DNA of 63,834 bases, the filler included, from Calcarisporiella thermophila CBS 279.70 (Eukaryota > Fungi > Calcarisporiellomycota), in assembly GCF_041956535.1 (NCBI RefSeq). It is 6 parts of 5 records of this genome, joined end to end, with 100 filler letters (N's around TTAATTAATTAA, not from the genome) between each part and the next. Parts side by side here need not be neighbours in the genome. Positions count along the whole stretch, not along the records: positions 61,818 to 63,834 come from NW_027192230.1; 5 more parts are not named here. The stretch is one strand, 5' to 3'. Positions within the stretch are counted from its first letter, which is position 1, and every line of letters begins with the position of its first letter. The notes beneath the pieces were generated by a model. The model worked only from the letters and a program-made list of their open reading frames with translations. It had not been told where the DNA came from and did not search any database. Shown here piece by piece: positions 63,605-63,834 of the stretch. Both the position numbers and the translations under genes were made by a program.

Positions 63605-63834
63605 TTTTTTAATCATTCAATGGAAACTTTTTATTTAATTTCCATATATAACATGAAGTTAATGCCAATGGATTTAACATAACGAGATATAGGTCTTTGA
63701 TCGGTAGGCGTGCAATCGATATGCGTGTAATCGAAAGGTGTGTATTGTTGTTGTTGTGAATAGCACGTAAGTGAAATCGATGTAATCAGTGTACTTTTTC
63801 GTAGGAGCGATCTTTCAAGTAATAGAGACTCTAT
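63605..63834 (-). mobile_element. SINE-like repeat body and tail (continues beyond the window)
   Basis: The reverse complement aligns with about 22128-22355. Confidence 0.75.

Noticed and set aside
1-63834. CRISPR array, rRNA or prokaryotic operon
   Set aside because: No repeat-spacer periodicity or rRNA motifs were seen, and most genes have spliceosomal introns.

Overview
AT-rich eukaryotic scaffold with short (about 50-70 nt) introns. It is fungal, probably an early-diverging non-Dikarya lineage (inference). It is built from six contigs joined by artificial 100-nt N44-TTAATTAATTAA-N44 linkers, so adjacency across linkers is unproven. The dominant structure is an alternating same-strand array of full-length ABCB/MDR transporter genes (4 copies, whole or partial) and Fungal_trans-domain genes with no visible Zn2Cys6 DNA-binding domain (4 copies: 1 intact, 2 damaged, 1 cut by a gap). 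Other genes: two orphan 7TM-like proteins, a secreted flavin amine oxidase, Ras, a kynurenine formamidase-like hydrolase, an NADP-dependent ene-reductase, a frameshifted TPR-ankyrin gene, a secreted carboxylesterase, a bacterial-type DUF899 gene (HGT candidate), a Kex2-site secreted precursor with two internal repeat arrays plus a decayed paralogue, a Sut1-like permease, fRMsr, a compact His-brace LPMO-like protein, an ABHD11-like esterase, tRNA-Gln and tRNA-Thr. Mobile DNA: a complete MULE with TIRs and a 9-bp TSD, two solo LTRs with 5-bp TSDs nested in older elements, two MITE families, a tRNA-headed SINE family, and DIRS-like, Gypsy-like and Tc1 relics. All calls come from reading the sequence by eye; no searches were run.
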